From contig NC_058368.1 in assembly GCF_018350175.1 (NCBI RefSeq), positions 36,954,001 to 37,018,000 on the forward strand: 64,000 nucleotides of DNA, written 5' to 3'. The notes beneath the pieces were generated by a model, which was not told where the DNA came from, made no database searches, and was given only the letters and a program-made list of their open reading frames with translations. Positions 12,415-26,449 of the stretch are shown one piece after another. The position numbers and the translations under genes are program-made. The first letter of the stretch is position 1, and the number at the start of each line of letters is the position of its first letter. The DNA is from Felis catus (Eukaryota).

Positions 12415-13719
12415 AACATTTAAAACATGATTTAAAAAATTCAAGCCAACACTGGAATCTGTGGGACTTTCTTCCTTCAAGTGGCATATGCCCCTCTCTC
12501 CCTCACTGCCAAGGCTTCTGGAAGGCTGGCTTGAGCTCTGCAGGAAGTCCCCAGGGGGTTCCACTATTAATCTTTGAAGTTTTAGTGTCATGTGGAGGAA
12601 TTAGAAGGAAATCTCTTATTATTTTTAAAAACAGTGACTACATTAGTATTTACTGCCTGCTCCAGGGTGAAATGAAAGTATCTTAGGGAAAATATACACT
12701 ACCTTAATTGTTAAGAATAGGATGATATATATAAACATAAGATTTAGAAAAGATAGGTATTTATAGATTGAAGTCATAATTATTTTTTACAAGTACGAGT
12801 GCATTTGAAGTTATCAAAGGCAACAGCATTGAACATTGTAACTGGAGCAACTGTCATGTATCCTGGTCTGACCCCTGTCTTTCCTGAGGATTTTGATTTT
12901 CCTAAGAAGTCTCCTTTTTGGCCAGCTCATGCATTTTTCTAGTCAAGCTCATACATGCATTAAGTCCTAGGAGGCAAAGATCAGTCTCAAACTGAAAACT
13001 ACTATTTGAATATGCACAAATGTAAAAGAGGCTGTTATGTTTTATTTCCTCCATTTAAAAATGTTCTTGTCCTTCATTTAGGTTCCTGGTCAATAATCGA
13101 CACTAAGTTAAGAGGAGGGAAGAGGTCAGACAATGTGACAGAAGGAATACTTGCAATAAAACACAGACAGAAAATTGTGCTAATAGGTTAACTCCCTACT
13201 AATGTGAATAAATCCCTCTGTGAACTTTTTCTGTGATTGCTTATGTGAAGTAATTATTGTCTGGCCTAAAACCTTATAGTTAAACTAAAACTGGCAAATT
13301 TTTATTGAGTACTGTGATAATGTCATGTTTCCAGTCACAGTAGCATGATGTTTTATGGTTCCAAGGCATTCGTTCATTCACCCCTTCATTGTTTTGACAG
13401 CATATGTTGTATGCTCGTTATGTTCCAGTCAGATATATGTATAAATAATTGCACTACAGTGGGGTTAGATTCGCAGTTTGGACCAGGACCAAAGGGAGTA
13501 AAAAGCGAGTGTCATCAATTCTGCTTGGTTGTGTAAGAAAAGGCTTTAACAGAGGAGAACACACATGAGATTTGGTCTTGCAGGATGAAAGTCTTAGAGT
13601 CTATCAGGGGAACAATAAGAGGGAACATTACAGGCAGAATGAAAGTTTGTGCAAGGGATGAAATAATGGGGCTTGTTCAGGGAACTGTAAATAGTTCCAC
13701 ATGCTTGGAGAGTCCCAGA

Positions 13720-13885
13720 AGCCACTGACTTTGGTGCCAGAAAAGCTGGACTTGAACTTAGCTCTGACATTTATTGTCTATATAAGTTGGATCAAGTCTC
13801 TTGACCTTTCAACACCTGAGTTTTACTTGTTAAAAATGAGAATAATAGTATTCACCTCAGACTTTTTTTTTTTCCTTCATAAGGT
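13720..13885 (+). mobile_element. MIR fragment
   Basis: 'caagtctcttgacctttcaacacctgagttttacttgttaaaaatgagaataatagta' matches the MIR core. Confidence 0.7.
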
Positions 13886-15019
13886 TTGGATGAAATATGG
13901 CCTTTTATAGAATCTTGTCAGTTTCTGGCCCCTGGAAAGTACCCTCTAATTGCAAGTCGTTGTTGTGGTCCACATGGTCATCAAGATCATTGTTGCTTTT
14001 CCGATAGGAGAAGAAGGAGATAAAGTTGAAGAGGTGAGGAAGGATCAAGCCATAGAGGACTGTGGTGTTCTGCTAAGAAATCTCATCAGCGTACTTCTAA
14101 GCATTAATTTCACTGACAATAACCTCTTGCAAAATTGTATGAAATCCATCCTTAAAGCTTACTGTCCTTTATCTGCAGAGTTTAACCTTCTAATTGTGTT
14201 TCTTTATCAACCTCCCCTTTACTGTTCCCTTCTTTTCACACATTCTTTCACCTGTCATTTTTCTTCTATGTTTAGTCATGTAATATTAAGTGTTTTCAAA
14301 AGATGCGCAAATTAATTTTCATTTGCATCTTCACTTGTAGTCATTTCTGTGAATAAGGAATCAAACTTTAACTTGACAATTTTATCATAAAACCTCTTCT
14401 TCAATCTTAATTTTTTCATTTATTTTACTTGCTTAAGTGATTAGCAGTTAAGAAAAGGGAAAAATACTCTTGCTTTATTGGAGCTACAGGACTGACGTAT
14501 CTATATTAATTATGGGATATAAATAGAATTTTCATTATATGTTGTCAAAAAACTTGTTTTCTTATTTTAAAAATACCCTGCAATTTAAAAACGAAGACAA
14601 ATCAGTTGGTTCAGATTTGCTGGTCTGAACAAAAAAAGGAGCTGCGTATGGAAGCTACCAGGAAGATATTTATGCATGAAAATGAATTTGATTCTGAATA
14701 GCATCCTGAGAAAGTGTATGGTTTTTGCTGTATTTCAAGGCACTTGTTTCCATAACTCTCACCAATGATATATTTGCATTGCCAAATCCCTCCTAGCAAA
14801 CTAGCAAAAACTGAAAAATTCATCCGATGTAAAGATGTTTGAAGAAAAATATATAATCTGGACTTGTTACACTTTGCAAACTGAATATGCAAGAATATGG
14901 CCTTTAAATTTTTCTCATAACGGAATAGTTTTTAAAAATTGTTTGAAAGATAGTCTTTTTTTAGGCTTATGAGGAATGTACATGTAAATATGAAGGAATT
15001 TATAAAGTAGGAACATTTT

Positions 15020-18000
15020 TAGCATTGCCATTTAGATATGTTGTAAAATTCACCCATTGTAAAATATACAATTCAATAGTTTTAGTATATTGAGTTGTGC
15101 AACCACTATCAAAATCTGAATTTGGAACATTTTCATCACCCCATTACCCTGTGCCCATTACAGTCACTCCCCATACCTGCCCCAGCCCTAATCTCTAATG
15201 CATTATATATGCTTTCCATCTCTTTGAATTTGCCTAATCTGGATAGTTGTATAAATGGAATCATACAATATGTGATTTTTTTTGTAGTTGGCATCATTTG
15301 CTTAGCATAATATTTTGAAGGTTCATCTGTTACATAACATGTATCAGTAATTGATTCCTTTTATTGCTGAATAATGTTCCTTTGTATGGATATAACACAG
15401 TTTGTTTATCCATTTATCAAATGATAGACATTTGGATTGTTTCCATATCTTGCTTATTATCAATAATGTTCTAATACTCAAAGATAAATTTTGTGTGGAT
15501 ATATGTTTTTATTTAACTTGGCATATATATAAGAGAGGAATTGCCATGTCATATGATTAAGTATATACTTAACCTTTTGAAAAACTGCTGAAACTGTTTT
15601 CTAAACCTAATGTACATTTTACACTCTCCCCACCAATGTGTGAGGATTCAATTTCTTCACCTACTTGTTGTGGTCTTTTAGATTATAGCTATCCCAGTGG
15701 GTGTGATGTATTATCTTATTGGTGGCTTTAATTTGCGTTTCTCTAATGCCTGATATTGATGAGCATCTTGTCATGTGCTTATTGACCCTTGGTATATCCT
15801 CTGTGGAGAAATGTCTATACAGGGCCCTAGCCTGTTTTTAAAAATTGGACTCATTGTTTAGTTGTAAAAGCTCTTTATTCTGAACACCAGTTTCTTCTCA
15901 GATGTATGATCTGCAGATATTTTGTCTTATCCTGTGTGTTGTCTGTTTATTTTCTTAATGGTATACTTTGCATCACAAACGTTTTTAATTTTGATGCCGT
16001 CCAATTTTTGTATTTTCCTCTTTGTTGCTTGTACTTTAAGGTGTCATTTCTAAGAAACCATTGTCTAATCCAAAATCACAAAGACTGACTCCTATATTTT
16101 CTTCTAAGAGTTTGATAGTTTAGCTCTCATATTAGGCCTATTATAGATTTTGAGTTTTTGTTTTATTTGTTGGTATGGTATAAGGAAGAGGTCCAACTTC
16201 ATTTTTTGTAAACAGATATACAGTTATCTCAGCCCCATTTGTTGAAAAGACTTCATTCTTCATTGGATTGTCTTGGAAATCTTGGCAAAAATCAATTTAT
16301 CATAAATGTAAAGGTTAATTTCTGGACTCTCAATTCTATGTCATTGATTTATTTGTCTTAATCCATTACTAGATGACTGTCTCAATTGCTGTGGCTTTGC
16401 AGTAGGTCTTGAAACCAGGAATTGTGAACTTTCCAACTTTGTTCTTTTTTTTTTTTCAAGGTTATTCAGGCTGTTCTGGATCTCTTGAATGTTCATATGA
16501 ATTTTAGGATCAGTTTGTCATTTCTGAAAAAAAAAGTACCTAGGATTTTGATAGATGTGGTATTGAATCTCTAGATCAATTTGGAAGTATTGCCATCTTA
16601 ACAATATTAAGTTTTCTGATCCATGAACATGGGATATAAGTTTATTTGGAACTTTTGATTTTTTCAGCAATGTAGGTTTTAGCATTCAAGCCTTGTGCTT
16701 TATTAAATTTATTCCTAAATATTTTATTACTTTTATTTTGTAAATAAAATTATATTTTAATTTCACTTTCAGATTGCTCATTGCTAGTGTATAGAAATAC
16801 ATTTTTTTGATATCCACCTTATATCCTGTAACATTGCAAAGCTTGTTTATTGTTCAACACGTTTTAGTGATTTTTAAATGATTTTCTGTATATAAGATTG
16901 TATTATCTATGAATGCAAATAACTTTAGTTCTTCTTTTACCAACTGGATATCTTTTATTTGTGTTACTTATCTAATTGCCTTGGCAGGATCCTTCAGTAT
17001 AATGTTTAACAAAAGTGGCTAAAGAGAACATCCTGTCTTTTTTTTATTGTTTATTTATGTATTTTAAAAGAGAGAGAGAGAAAGAGAACTTGAGAAGGGG
17101 GTGGGAGAGCAGAAAGAGGGAGACAGAGGATCCAGTGTGTGCTCTGCACTGACATCAAGAGCCTGATGTGGGGCTTGAACTCACGAACCATGAGATCATG
17201 ACCTGAGCTAAAGTTGGATGCTTAAGTAACTGAACCACCAAGGTGCCCCACATCCCTCTCTCTTACCTGATCTCAGGAGGAAAACATTCAGTCTTTCACC
17301 ATTAAGTATGATATTAGCTGTGGGTTTTTTTTAGATACTTATTTATCACATTGAGGAAATTTCCTACCACATCTAGTTCATTATTTTTTTTTTCATAGAA
17401 GGATATTGGATTTTGTCAAATTATTATATTGTATGCATTGAGATCGTTGTATTTTTTCTATTAATATGTTGTATTATACTGACAGATGTTAAAACATTCT
17501 TATATTACTAGTACAAATCTCACTTGTTCATACTGTATTATTATTTATATGTTACTGGATTAGGTCTGCTAGTATTTTGTTTAATGTTTCTGTGTCTATA
17601 TTCATAACGGATATTGGTTTGGGGTTTCCTATTCTTGCAATGACTTTGCCTGGTTTTGGTGTCAGGGTGATACTGAGCTCATAAAATGAGTTAGGAAAGT
17701 TATCCTAATCTAATTCTTGAGTTTCAGTAATTTGTGTTTTTCTAGAAATACATCCATTTTATCTAAGTTATCTAATATGTTGGCATATAGTAATAATACT
17801 CATAATATCCCCTTATAAAGTATTTTATTTCTGTAAGGCTAATGGTGATGTTGCTTCTTTTATTCCTGATTTTGGTCATTGAAGTCTTCTCTTTTATTTT
17901 CTTATTCAGTTCAGCCAGAAGTTTGTCAGTAATGTTGAACTTTCAAGGAACCAACTTGATTTTGTTGATTTTCTCCATTATTTTTATATTCTCTATTTCA
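15020..18000 (-). mobile_element. Old L1 (L1MB-like): 3' UTR plus degraded ORF2
   Basis: 3' end 'aaaattcacccatt...caattcaatagttttagtatatt..gttgtgcaacca..gaacattttcatcacccc' followed by ~2.5 kb colinear with antisense ORF2. Confidence 0.9.
17038..17249 (-). mobile_element. Can-SINE nested in the L1MB-like element
   Basis: SINE body with degenerate flanking repeat acatcc.. Confidence 0.92.
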
Positions 18001-19919
18001 CCTTAAAAGTGTCTCACTAAAATACTCTGATTAGCATTTGAAGTATATAACAGACATTTAGTGAGAGCCCAGTGATGTAGTAACATAAAGGTGAGAGGAG
18101 AGAGAAGTGAGGGAGAGGGACAGAGAAAAAGAGATGTGAGATGTGTTTTCTTTCCTCTCTCTTTGGTAGAAAGCAAAACAGATTTTTGTTTTCTTTGTTT
18201 ACAATTTTGTGTTCTGTTTTTGTTTTTTGACATTTTTAGATGTCCTGACACAATCACACTGTGTTGGAGTAGCCAGGTATTATCATAAGAAGACAGCATA
18301 CTTTCAGTGGAGAAGGTAACAACAGCCTTAATGGACGTTAGTGGACAAGGTGGACCTTAAGGTCTGAATGGAAGACAAGATTTCATCATTAGTGGGAGTT
18401 AAAACCAGTAGGAATACATGAAAGTTCAGGCTTCATTTTCAGGTGTTAACTAATTTCCTTCTGGATCTTTGAAGATGGTGGACAATAATAAAGAAAGTTC
18501 AAGCCAAAAAGGGGAAAATGATGTGCTTTTACTATCCCTTTTTAGGGAGTGCCTCTTAAGATGAAGCCTTAAAAAAATAGGATGCCATATGGAAACAGAG
18601 TAGATTTGTTTATGTGGATTTGTTTTTGCCACAAGCAATTGTAGTGGGGATGAGGAGATGGAAGCCATAATTCAAGTGATTTAGTTGTTTTGACTAGCAG
18701 CAGATAACTACTGATGATACCATTAATTGTGGTAAATGAATGTGGGGCTGAAGAAATACCATTTACACATTGCTCTATCCATATTCTGCATTTACTGTTT
18801 ATTATTTGTTTTCAGAAAGAGATCATATGTCTAGTAATTTTAGTGTAATCTGTAAAATCAAAAGGCCACAGATAGATTTACTGACATCATCATCATCACC
18901 ATCATCATCATCGTCAATCTTTGCCATGGTTAATATCTATTTTACATTTATTGATTGTGTTGGCTTTTTTTTGGTAGGAATTTTATCTCAGATGCCCTTT
19001 CCTCCACCTTTCCTCCTTCCATACTATTCCTTTTATGCAATATAAAAAAGTAAAATATTAGGAGGTAGGCACTTACTTCACCTCAACATTTTATTCCACT
19101 GACTGAGTTCTACTTTGGTAATACATTAAGCTCCAACAGAAACATTATTGTGTCTTTAGGCCTTAGGATCCTAAGTCTGATTAATTTATTATTTACTTGA
19201 GTCTAATGAAATAAGTCAAGTTATTAATGTAAAGTAGAGGAAAGAATCCCCTTAAAATATGTTCTTCCTCTCTTTTTAGGCAATTAGATATCCAGTAGTA
19301 AATCACGGGTAAAAGAAAAATAGATGGCATATCACATTCTTAAGGGTTATGTTGAAGATCAAGTGCTTTCAAGTTACTAAAGCCCAGTGATTCGCTCAGT
19401 ATTCATTCTGACTTGAAAGCATCTCAAATTAGTAATCTTGGATTATCTGCTCTTTCAAAGGCACTCTCAAAAAGGAATGGTAATGTGAGGTGGGTAGGCA
19501 TTTCTGTAATACACTTAATATTGAATTTCAGTATTAGAAGCCGGGTTTGACTAATACCTGAAATGCTAGTGACAGTAACCCCTTGAGACCACAAGGATAG
19601 AAATCATGTGAATTATTTTTTTTATTATTTTTGGATTAGGTATCTCTGTCTTTACAGCTCATATTCTTTATCATCTTCCTATGTCAAATTTTGTATGTTT
19701 TAAAAATTAGTTCAGAAGCATTGTTGACTAAAAGGCAGACTGAAAAGATAAAAAAGCACAATATTTCTTTATTTCATTTATATGTTTTATTGTGTTCTCT
19801 ATTCTCTTTTTAAAAAAAACAGAAATCTACTTTTCCCAGCTGGTTTCATATACATTCCAGATGATTTGGTAACTCTTCAAAAAACACAAGCTCAAACTTT
19901 GAGAAAAGTTAAATGTATT

Positions 19920-20191
19920 GTACAAATAACATTTCCCTAAGCCATCTGAAAGTTGTTGACATTGTTCTCTATCATTCTGAATATGTTAGAGTGTATTTCC
20001 TAAAAACAAGGACATTTTCCTACATAACCCCAGTATAACTAACAAATCAGGAAGTTTAACAATGATGGATATTACTACCACCTGATACCCAGATCTTATT
20101 CAGGGTTCACCAGTTCTATCAATAATACCCTTTATAGCAAAAAAAAAAAAAGTGTTCTAGTTCACATGTTCTGTTTAGTGGTAATGTCTTC
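19920..20191 (-). mobile_element. L1MC-type 3' UTR fragment
   Basis: 'gtgtatttcctaaaaacaaggacattttcctacataacc..aaatcaggaagtttaaca' resembles L1MC4/5 3' ends. Confidence 0.7.
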
Positions 20192-20409
20192 TTTTTTTTT
20201 AACTTTATTTTTTATTTTTTAAAATTTACATCCAAATTAGCATATAGTGAAGCAATGATTTCAGAAGTAGATTCCTTAATGCCCCCTCCCGCAACCCTTC
20301 CAGCAACCCTGTTTGTTCTCCATATTTATGAGTCTCTTCTGTTTTGTCCCCCTCCCTGTTTTTATATTATTTTTGTTTCCCTTCCCTTATGTTCATCTGT
20401 TTTGTCTCT

Positions 20410-23400
20410 TAAAGTCCTCATATGAGTGAAGTCATATGATTTTTGTGTTTCTCTGACTAACTTCACTTAGCATAATACCCTCCAGTTCCATCCATGTAGT
20501 TGCAAATGGCAAGATTTCATTCTTTTTGATTGCCTAGTAATACTCCATTGTATGTATATACCACTTCTTCTTTATCCATTCATCCATTGATGAACATTTG
20601 GGCTCTTTCCATACTTTGGCTATTGCTGATAGTGCTGCTATAAACATGGGATGCATGTGTCCCTTCAAAACAGCACACCTGTATTCCTTAGATAAATGCC
20701 TAGTAGTGCAATTGCTGGGTCGTAGGGTAGTTCTATTTTTAGTTTTTGAGGAACCTCCATACTCTTTTCCAGAGTGGCTGCACCAGCTTGCATTCCCACC
20801 ATCAATGCAAACGAGATCCTCTCTCTTTCTCTACATGCTTGCCAACATCTGTTGTTGCCTGAGTTGTTACTGTTAGCCATTCTGACAGGTGTAAGGTGGT
20901 ATCTCATAGTGGTTTTGATTTGGATTTTCCTGATTATGAGTGATGTTGAGCATTTTTTCATGTGTCGGTTGGCCATCTGGATGTCTTCTTTGGAGAAGTG
21001 TCTATTCATGTCTTTTGCCCATTTCTTTGCTGGATTATTATTATTTTTTTTGGTGTTCAGTTTGATAAATTCTTTGTAGATTTTGGATATTAACCTTTTA
21101 TCTGATATGTCAGTTGCAAATATGTTCTCCCATTCTGTCGGTTGCCTTTTAGTTTTGCTGATTGTTTCCTTCACTGTGCAGAAGCTTTTTATTTTGATGA
21201 GGTCCCAATAGTTCATTTTGGCTTTTGTTTCCCTTGCCTCTGGAGACATGTTGAGTAAGAAGTTGCTGCTGGCAAGATCAAAGAGATTTTTGCCTGATTT
21301 CTCCTTGAGGATTTTGATGGCTTCCTGTCTTACATTGAGGTCTTTCATCCATTTTGAGTTTGTTTTTGTGTATGGTATAAGAAAGTCATCCAGGTTCATT
21401 CTATTGCATGTCGCTGTCCAGTTTTCCCAGCACCACTTTCTGAAGAGACTGTCTTTATTCCTTCGGACATTCTTTCCTGCTTTGTCAAAGATTAGTTGGC
21501 CATACGTTTGTGGGTCCATTTCTGGGTCCTCTATTCTATTCCATTGATCTGAGTGTCTATTCTTCTGCCAGTACCATACTGTCTTGATGATTACAGCTTT
21601 GTAGTATAGCTTGAAGTCTGGGATTGTGATGCTCCTGCTTTGGTTTTCTTTTTCAAGATCGCTTTGGCTATTCGGGGTCTTTTCTGGTTCCATACAAATT
21701 TGAGGATTGTTTGTTCTTGCTCTTTGAAGAATGCTGGTGTTACTTTGATGGGGATTGCATTGAATATGTAGATTGCTTTGGGTAGTATTGACATTTTAAC
21801 AATATTTGTTCTTCCTATCCAGGAGCATGGAATCTTTTTCCATTTCTTTATGTCTTCTTCAATTTCTTTCATAAGCTTTCTATAGTTTTCAATGTATAGA
21901 TTTTTCACCTCTTTGGTTAGATTTACTTCTAGTTATTTTATGGTTTTTGGTGCAAGTGCAAATGGGATCGGTTCCTTGATTTCTCTTTCTGTCGCTTCAT
22001 TGTTGGTGTATAGGAATGCAACCAATATCTGTGCATTGATTTTATATCCTGCAACTTTGATGAATTCATGTATCAGTTCTAGCAGTTTTTCGGTGGTATC
22101 TTTTGGGTTTTCCATATAGAGTATCATGTCATCTGCAAAGAGTGAAAGTTTGACTTCCTCCTGACCGATTTGGATGCCTTTTATTTCTTTGTGTTGTCTT
22201 CTTGCAGAGGCTAAGACTTCCAATACTATGTTGAATAACAGTGGCAAGAGTGGACATCCCTGTCTTGTTCCTGACCTTAGGGGGAAAGCTCCCAGTTCTT
22301 CCCCATTGAGGATGATATTAGCGTTGGGTCGTTCATATATGGCTTTTATGATCTCGAGGTATGATCCTTCTATCCGTACTTTTTTGAGGGTTTTTATCAA
22401 GAAAGGTTGCTGTATTTTGTCAAATGCTTTCTCTGAATCTATTGAGATGATATGGTTCTTGTCCTTTCTTTTATTGATGTGATGAATCACGTTAATTTTT
22501 TTGCAGATATTGAACCAGCCCTGCATCCCAGGTATAAATCCTACTTGTTGTGGTGAATAATTTTTTTCATGTATTGTTGGATCCAGTTGGCTAATATCTT
22601 GTTGAGGATTTTTGCATCCATGTTCATCAGGGAAATTGGTCTATAGTTCTCCTTTTTAGTGGGGTCTCTGTCTGGTTTTGGAATCAAGGTAATGCTGACT
22701 TCATAGAAAGAGTTTGGAAGTTTTCCTTCCATTTCTATTTTTTGGAACAGTTTCAAAACAATAGGTGTTAACTCTTCCTTAAATGTTTGGTAGAATTCCC
22801 CCTGGAAAGCCATCTGGTCCTGGACTCTTGTGTTTTGGCATATTTTCAATTACTGATTTGATTTCCTTACTGGTTATGGGTCTGTTCAAATTTTCTACTT
22901 CTTCCTGTTTCAGATTTGGTAGTGTATATGTTTCTTGGAATTTGTCCATTTCTTCCAGATTGCCCATTTTATTGGCATAAAATTGCTCATAATATTCTGT
23001 TATTATTGTTTTATTTCTTTTGTGTTGGTTGTGATCTCTCCTCTTTCATTCTTGATTTTATTTATTTGGGCCCTTTCCTTTTTCTTTTTGATCAAATTGG
23101 CTAGGGGTTTATCAATTTTGTTAATTCTTTCAAAGAACCAGCTTCTGGTTTCATTGATCTGTTCTACTGTTTTTTTGTTTCGATAGTATCAATTTCTGCT
23201 CTAATCTTTATTAATTCCTGTATTCTGCTGGTTTTGGGTTTTATTTGCTGTTCTTTTTGCAGGTCTTTAAGGTGTAAGGTTAGGTTGTGTATCTGAGATC
23301 TTTCTTCCTTCTTTAGGAAGGCCTGGATTGCTATATACTTTCCTCTTATGACCGTCTTTGCTGAGTCCCAGAGGTTTTGGGTTGTGGTGTTATCATTTTC

Positions 23401-24227
23401 ATTGGCTTCCATATACTTTTTAATTTCCTCTTTAACTTCTTGGTTAGCCCATTCATTCTTTAGTAGGATGTTCTTCAGTCTCCAAGTATTTGTTGCCTTT
23501 CCGAATTTTTTCTTGTGGTCGGTTTTGAGTTTCATAGTGTTGTGGTCTGAAAATATGCACAGTATGATCTCAATCTTTTTGTACTTGCTGAGGGCTGATT
23601 TGTGTCCCAGTATGTGGTCTATTCTGGAGAACGTTCCATGTGCACTGGAGAAGAATGTATATTCTGCTGCTTTAGGATCAAATGTTCTGAATATATCTGT
23701 GAAGTCCAACTGATCCAGTGTGTCATTCAAAGCCATTGTTTCCTTGTTGATTTTTTGATTAGATGATCTGTCCATTGCTGTGAGTAGGTGTTGAAGTCTT
23801 CTACTGTTATGGTATTACTATCGATGAGTTTCTTTATGTTTGTGATTAATTGATTTATGTGTTTGGGGGCTCTCACATTTGGCACATAAATGTTTACAAT
23901 TGTTAGGTCTTCTTGGTGGATAGACCCCTTGATTATGATATAATGCCCTTCTGCATCTCTTGATACAGTCTTTATTTTAAACTCTAAATTGTCTGATATA
24001 AGTATGGCTACTCCAGCTTTCTTTTGTTGACCATTAGCATGACAGATGGTTCTCCATCCCCTTATTTTCAATCTGATGGTGTCTTTAGGTCTAAAGTGGG
24101 TCTCTTGTAAACAGCAGATAGATGGGTCTTGTTTTCTTATCCATTCTGTTACTCTATGTCTTTTGATTGGAGCATTGAGTCCATTGATGTTTAGAGTGAG
24201 TACTGGAAGATATGAATTTATTGTCAT
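20410..24227 (-). pseudogene. Disrupted L1 ORF2 (endonuclease / reverse transcriptase)
   Basis: Fragments carry LNINGLN..ICCLQETH and FSDHN (endonuclease), GTRQGCPL and LFADDM (RT), and the C-terminal region; split by many frameshifts and stops. Confidence 0.97.
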
Positions 24228-24299
24228 TATGATGATTGTAGAGTTGGAGTTTCTGGTGGTGTTCTCTGGTCCTTTCTAATCTTTTGTTGCTTTTGGTGT

Positions 24300-24308
24300 G
24301 TATGTATG

Positions 24309-24346
<38 letters not shown>

Positions 24347-24362
24347 TATTTTTTTTTTTTTT
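24300..24362. repeat. (TA)n plus poly-T tract in the L1 inter-ORF spacer
   Basis: Directly visible. Confidence 0.9.
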
Positions 24363-24377
24363 CATCTTTTGTCCCCT

Positions 24378-24995
24378 CAGAGAGTCCCCCTTAAAATTTC
24401 TTACAGGGCTGGTTTAGTGGTCACAAACGCCTTTAGTTTTTGTTTGTTTGGGAAACTTTTTGTCTCTCCTTCTATTTTGAATGACAGAATTGCTGGATAA
24501 AGAATTCTTGGTTGCATATTTTTCTGATTCAGCACACTCAATATATCCTGCCACTCCTTTCTGGCCTGCCAAGTTTCTGTGCATAGGTCTGCTGCAAACC
24601 TAATTTGTCTTCCCTTGTACGTTAGGGCCTTTTTTCCCTTGCTGCTTTCATGATTCTCTCCTTGCCTGAGTATTTTGTGAATTTGACTATGATATGCCTT
24701 GTTGATGGTCGCTTTTTGTTGAATCTAATGGGAGTCCTCTGTGCTTCCTGCATTTTGATGTCTGTGTCTTTCCTGAGGTTAGGAAAGTTTTCTGCTATGA
24801 TTTGCTCACATAACCCTTCTACCCCTATTTCTCTCTCTTCCTCCTCTGGGACCCCTATGATTCTGATTTGTTCCTATTTAATGAGTCACTGATTTCTCTA
24901 ATTCTTAAATCGTGCTGTTTTGCCTTAATCTCCCTTTTTTTCCTGCTTCATTACTCTCTATAAGTTTGTCCTCTATATTGCTGATTCTCTGCTCC
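24378..24995 (-). pseudogene. 3' remnant of L1 ORF1
   Basis: Antisense ORF1 phrases 'tgctggataaagaattcttgg', 'atcctgccactccttt' and 'ggaaagttttctgctatgattt' upstream of ORF2. Confidence 0.9.
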
Positions 24996-26449
24996 GTGAC
25001 AACAGGGATAATGGTTATTTATTATTATTACTTTATTTACCATTGTGTTTGGCATCTAGCACGCCTTCAATATATATTTGTTGAAATTGAATGACTAATT
25101 CACAGGTACTTTGCTGTTGGGAGTCTGGGAGATTTTTTTCTCCTTCCTTTCTACAGGTCTCTTCGCCTGAAGTTTTCTGTTCATTATGCTACTGCTTTAT
25201 TGCTTGTCATTCCTGGACTTCTTGAGGCTAGATGCCTTTTGTAGTATTTTTCAAAGATTAAAGTACATTGTCTCTGTTCTCTTCAACTTGTAAAATTTGC
25301 CAAAGATGAAAAGAGAATTTCATGGCAAAAATAATAAAGATAAATGGTATAATGTTTATAAATATTGTTACTTACCATCAGCCTATCTTCAGTATTTTAG
25401 TTGTAAAATGATTTGCAATAGGCAGACTATAAAATCAGTATAACAGTATGCAGCCAGCACTTTTCATTCAGCACAGGGAGAGAAAAGATGGTAAAATAAT
25501 TGTTAAGAGAAAGCAGCTGTTCAGCTTTCTTGTATTTTCATTTGGGAAGGATGTCCAAGAGGCAGATAATTCCTGTAACCTCCCAGTATGATCTGCTTCT
25601 CTTATAGCAGTGAATAATTGAATGAGGACTATGATTAGCATAGTAAGACCTCAGGATAAAATTTGTGGATGTCACAGTTTGACAGTTATTAACAAAGTGA
25701 CTCTTTTTGTCTGTGGGGATGTTTGTTTTTCCTGACAAGTCTATTATCTCAATGTTGCTTGATATTCCCTGAGAGATAGTATGGTTGTGATGTGTCTTGG
25801 GGCCTGCGCTGGGCTGGGGGTTATCTTACTTTGCATTTTGTATGGGTAGTTGCCATTTTACTTTAGAAAGAACTGTACATATCTGGCAGGATATTCCTGC
25901 TTATTTGATAAGTTATTCATTCTCTGTAATCTCTAAATGCAAAAGGTATAATCTCAATTTAGCAGGAGAATCTCTGAGTGCAAAGGAGTTCTTAAATCAG
26001 GGAGAATCAAGGGATTTTGTCTTGAGATAAGAACAACCATGTCTCAATATGTTTCCTTGGCTTTGTTTCTATTATAAGAGAAACACATATTGCCACATTT
26101 TGTTATAAAATATTAGAGGAAAATATAATTGATAGGATGCTATATTTTACACATAAACTATTTTTTGGCCAGTGTAGCTGGATGTTATACAAGGAACATG
26201 TCACACTCTCTCTGAGACTTCTAGCACTTATATGAAAAATTAGCATTTTTGTATTTGCACCATTTTAACAAATTTATTTTTCATATTATATTATTGTTGA
26301 CACTTCCTTCAAAAATAGCATTTCCTCCATAAATATCTGTTAAACTCCCAATACTTTCTAGGCATTGTTATAATCCCTAGAATATAGGAACACATGAGAT
26401 ATAATATTTGACCTCAATGACTTCACAGTTCTTAGCATATGATAACATT

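Larger units (their letters stand above)
20192..24995 (-). mobile_element. Carnivore/felid LINE-1, 5'-truncated within ORF1
   Basis: Poly-T tail at 20192, 3' UTR, complete ORF2 span, (TA)n-containing spacer and 3' part of ORF1. Confidence 0.98.

Noticed and set aside
20665..24227. Long ORFs with RT and endonuclease motifs as an active element or new RT system
   Set aside because: Ordinary L1 ORF2 broken by frameshifts and stops, with no promoter and an incomplete ORF1.
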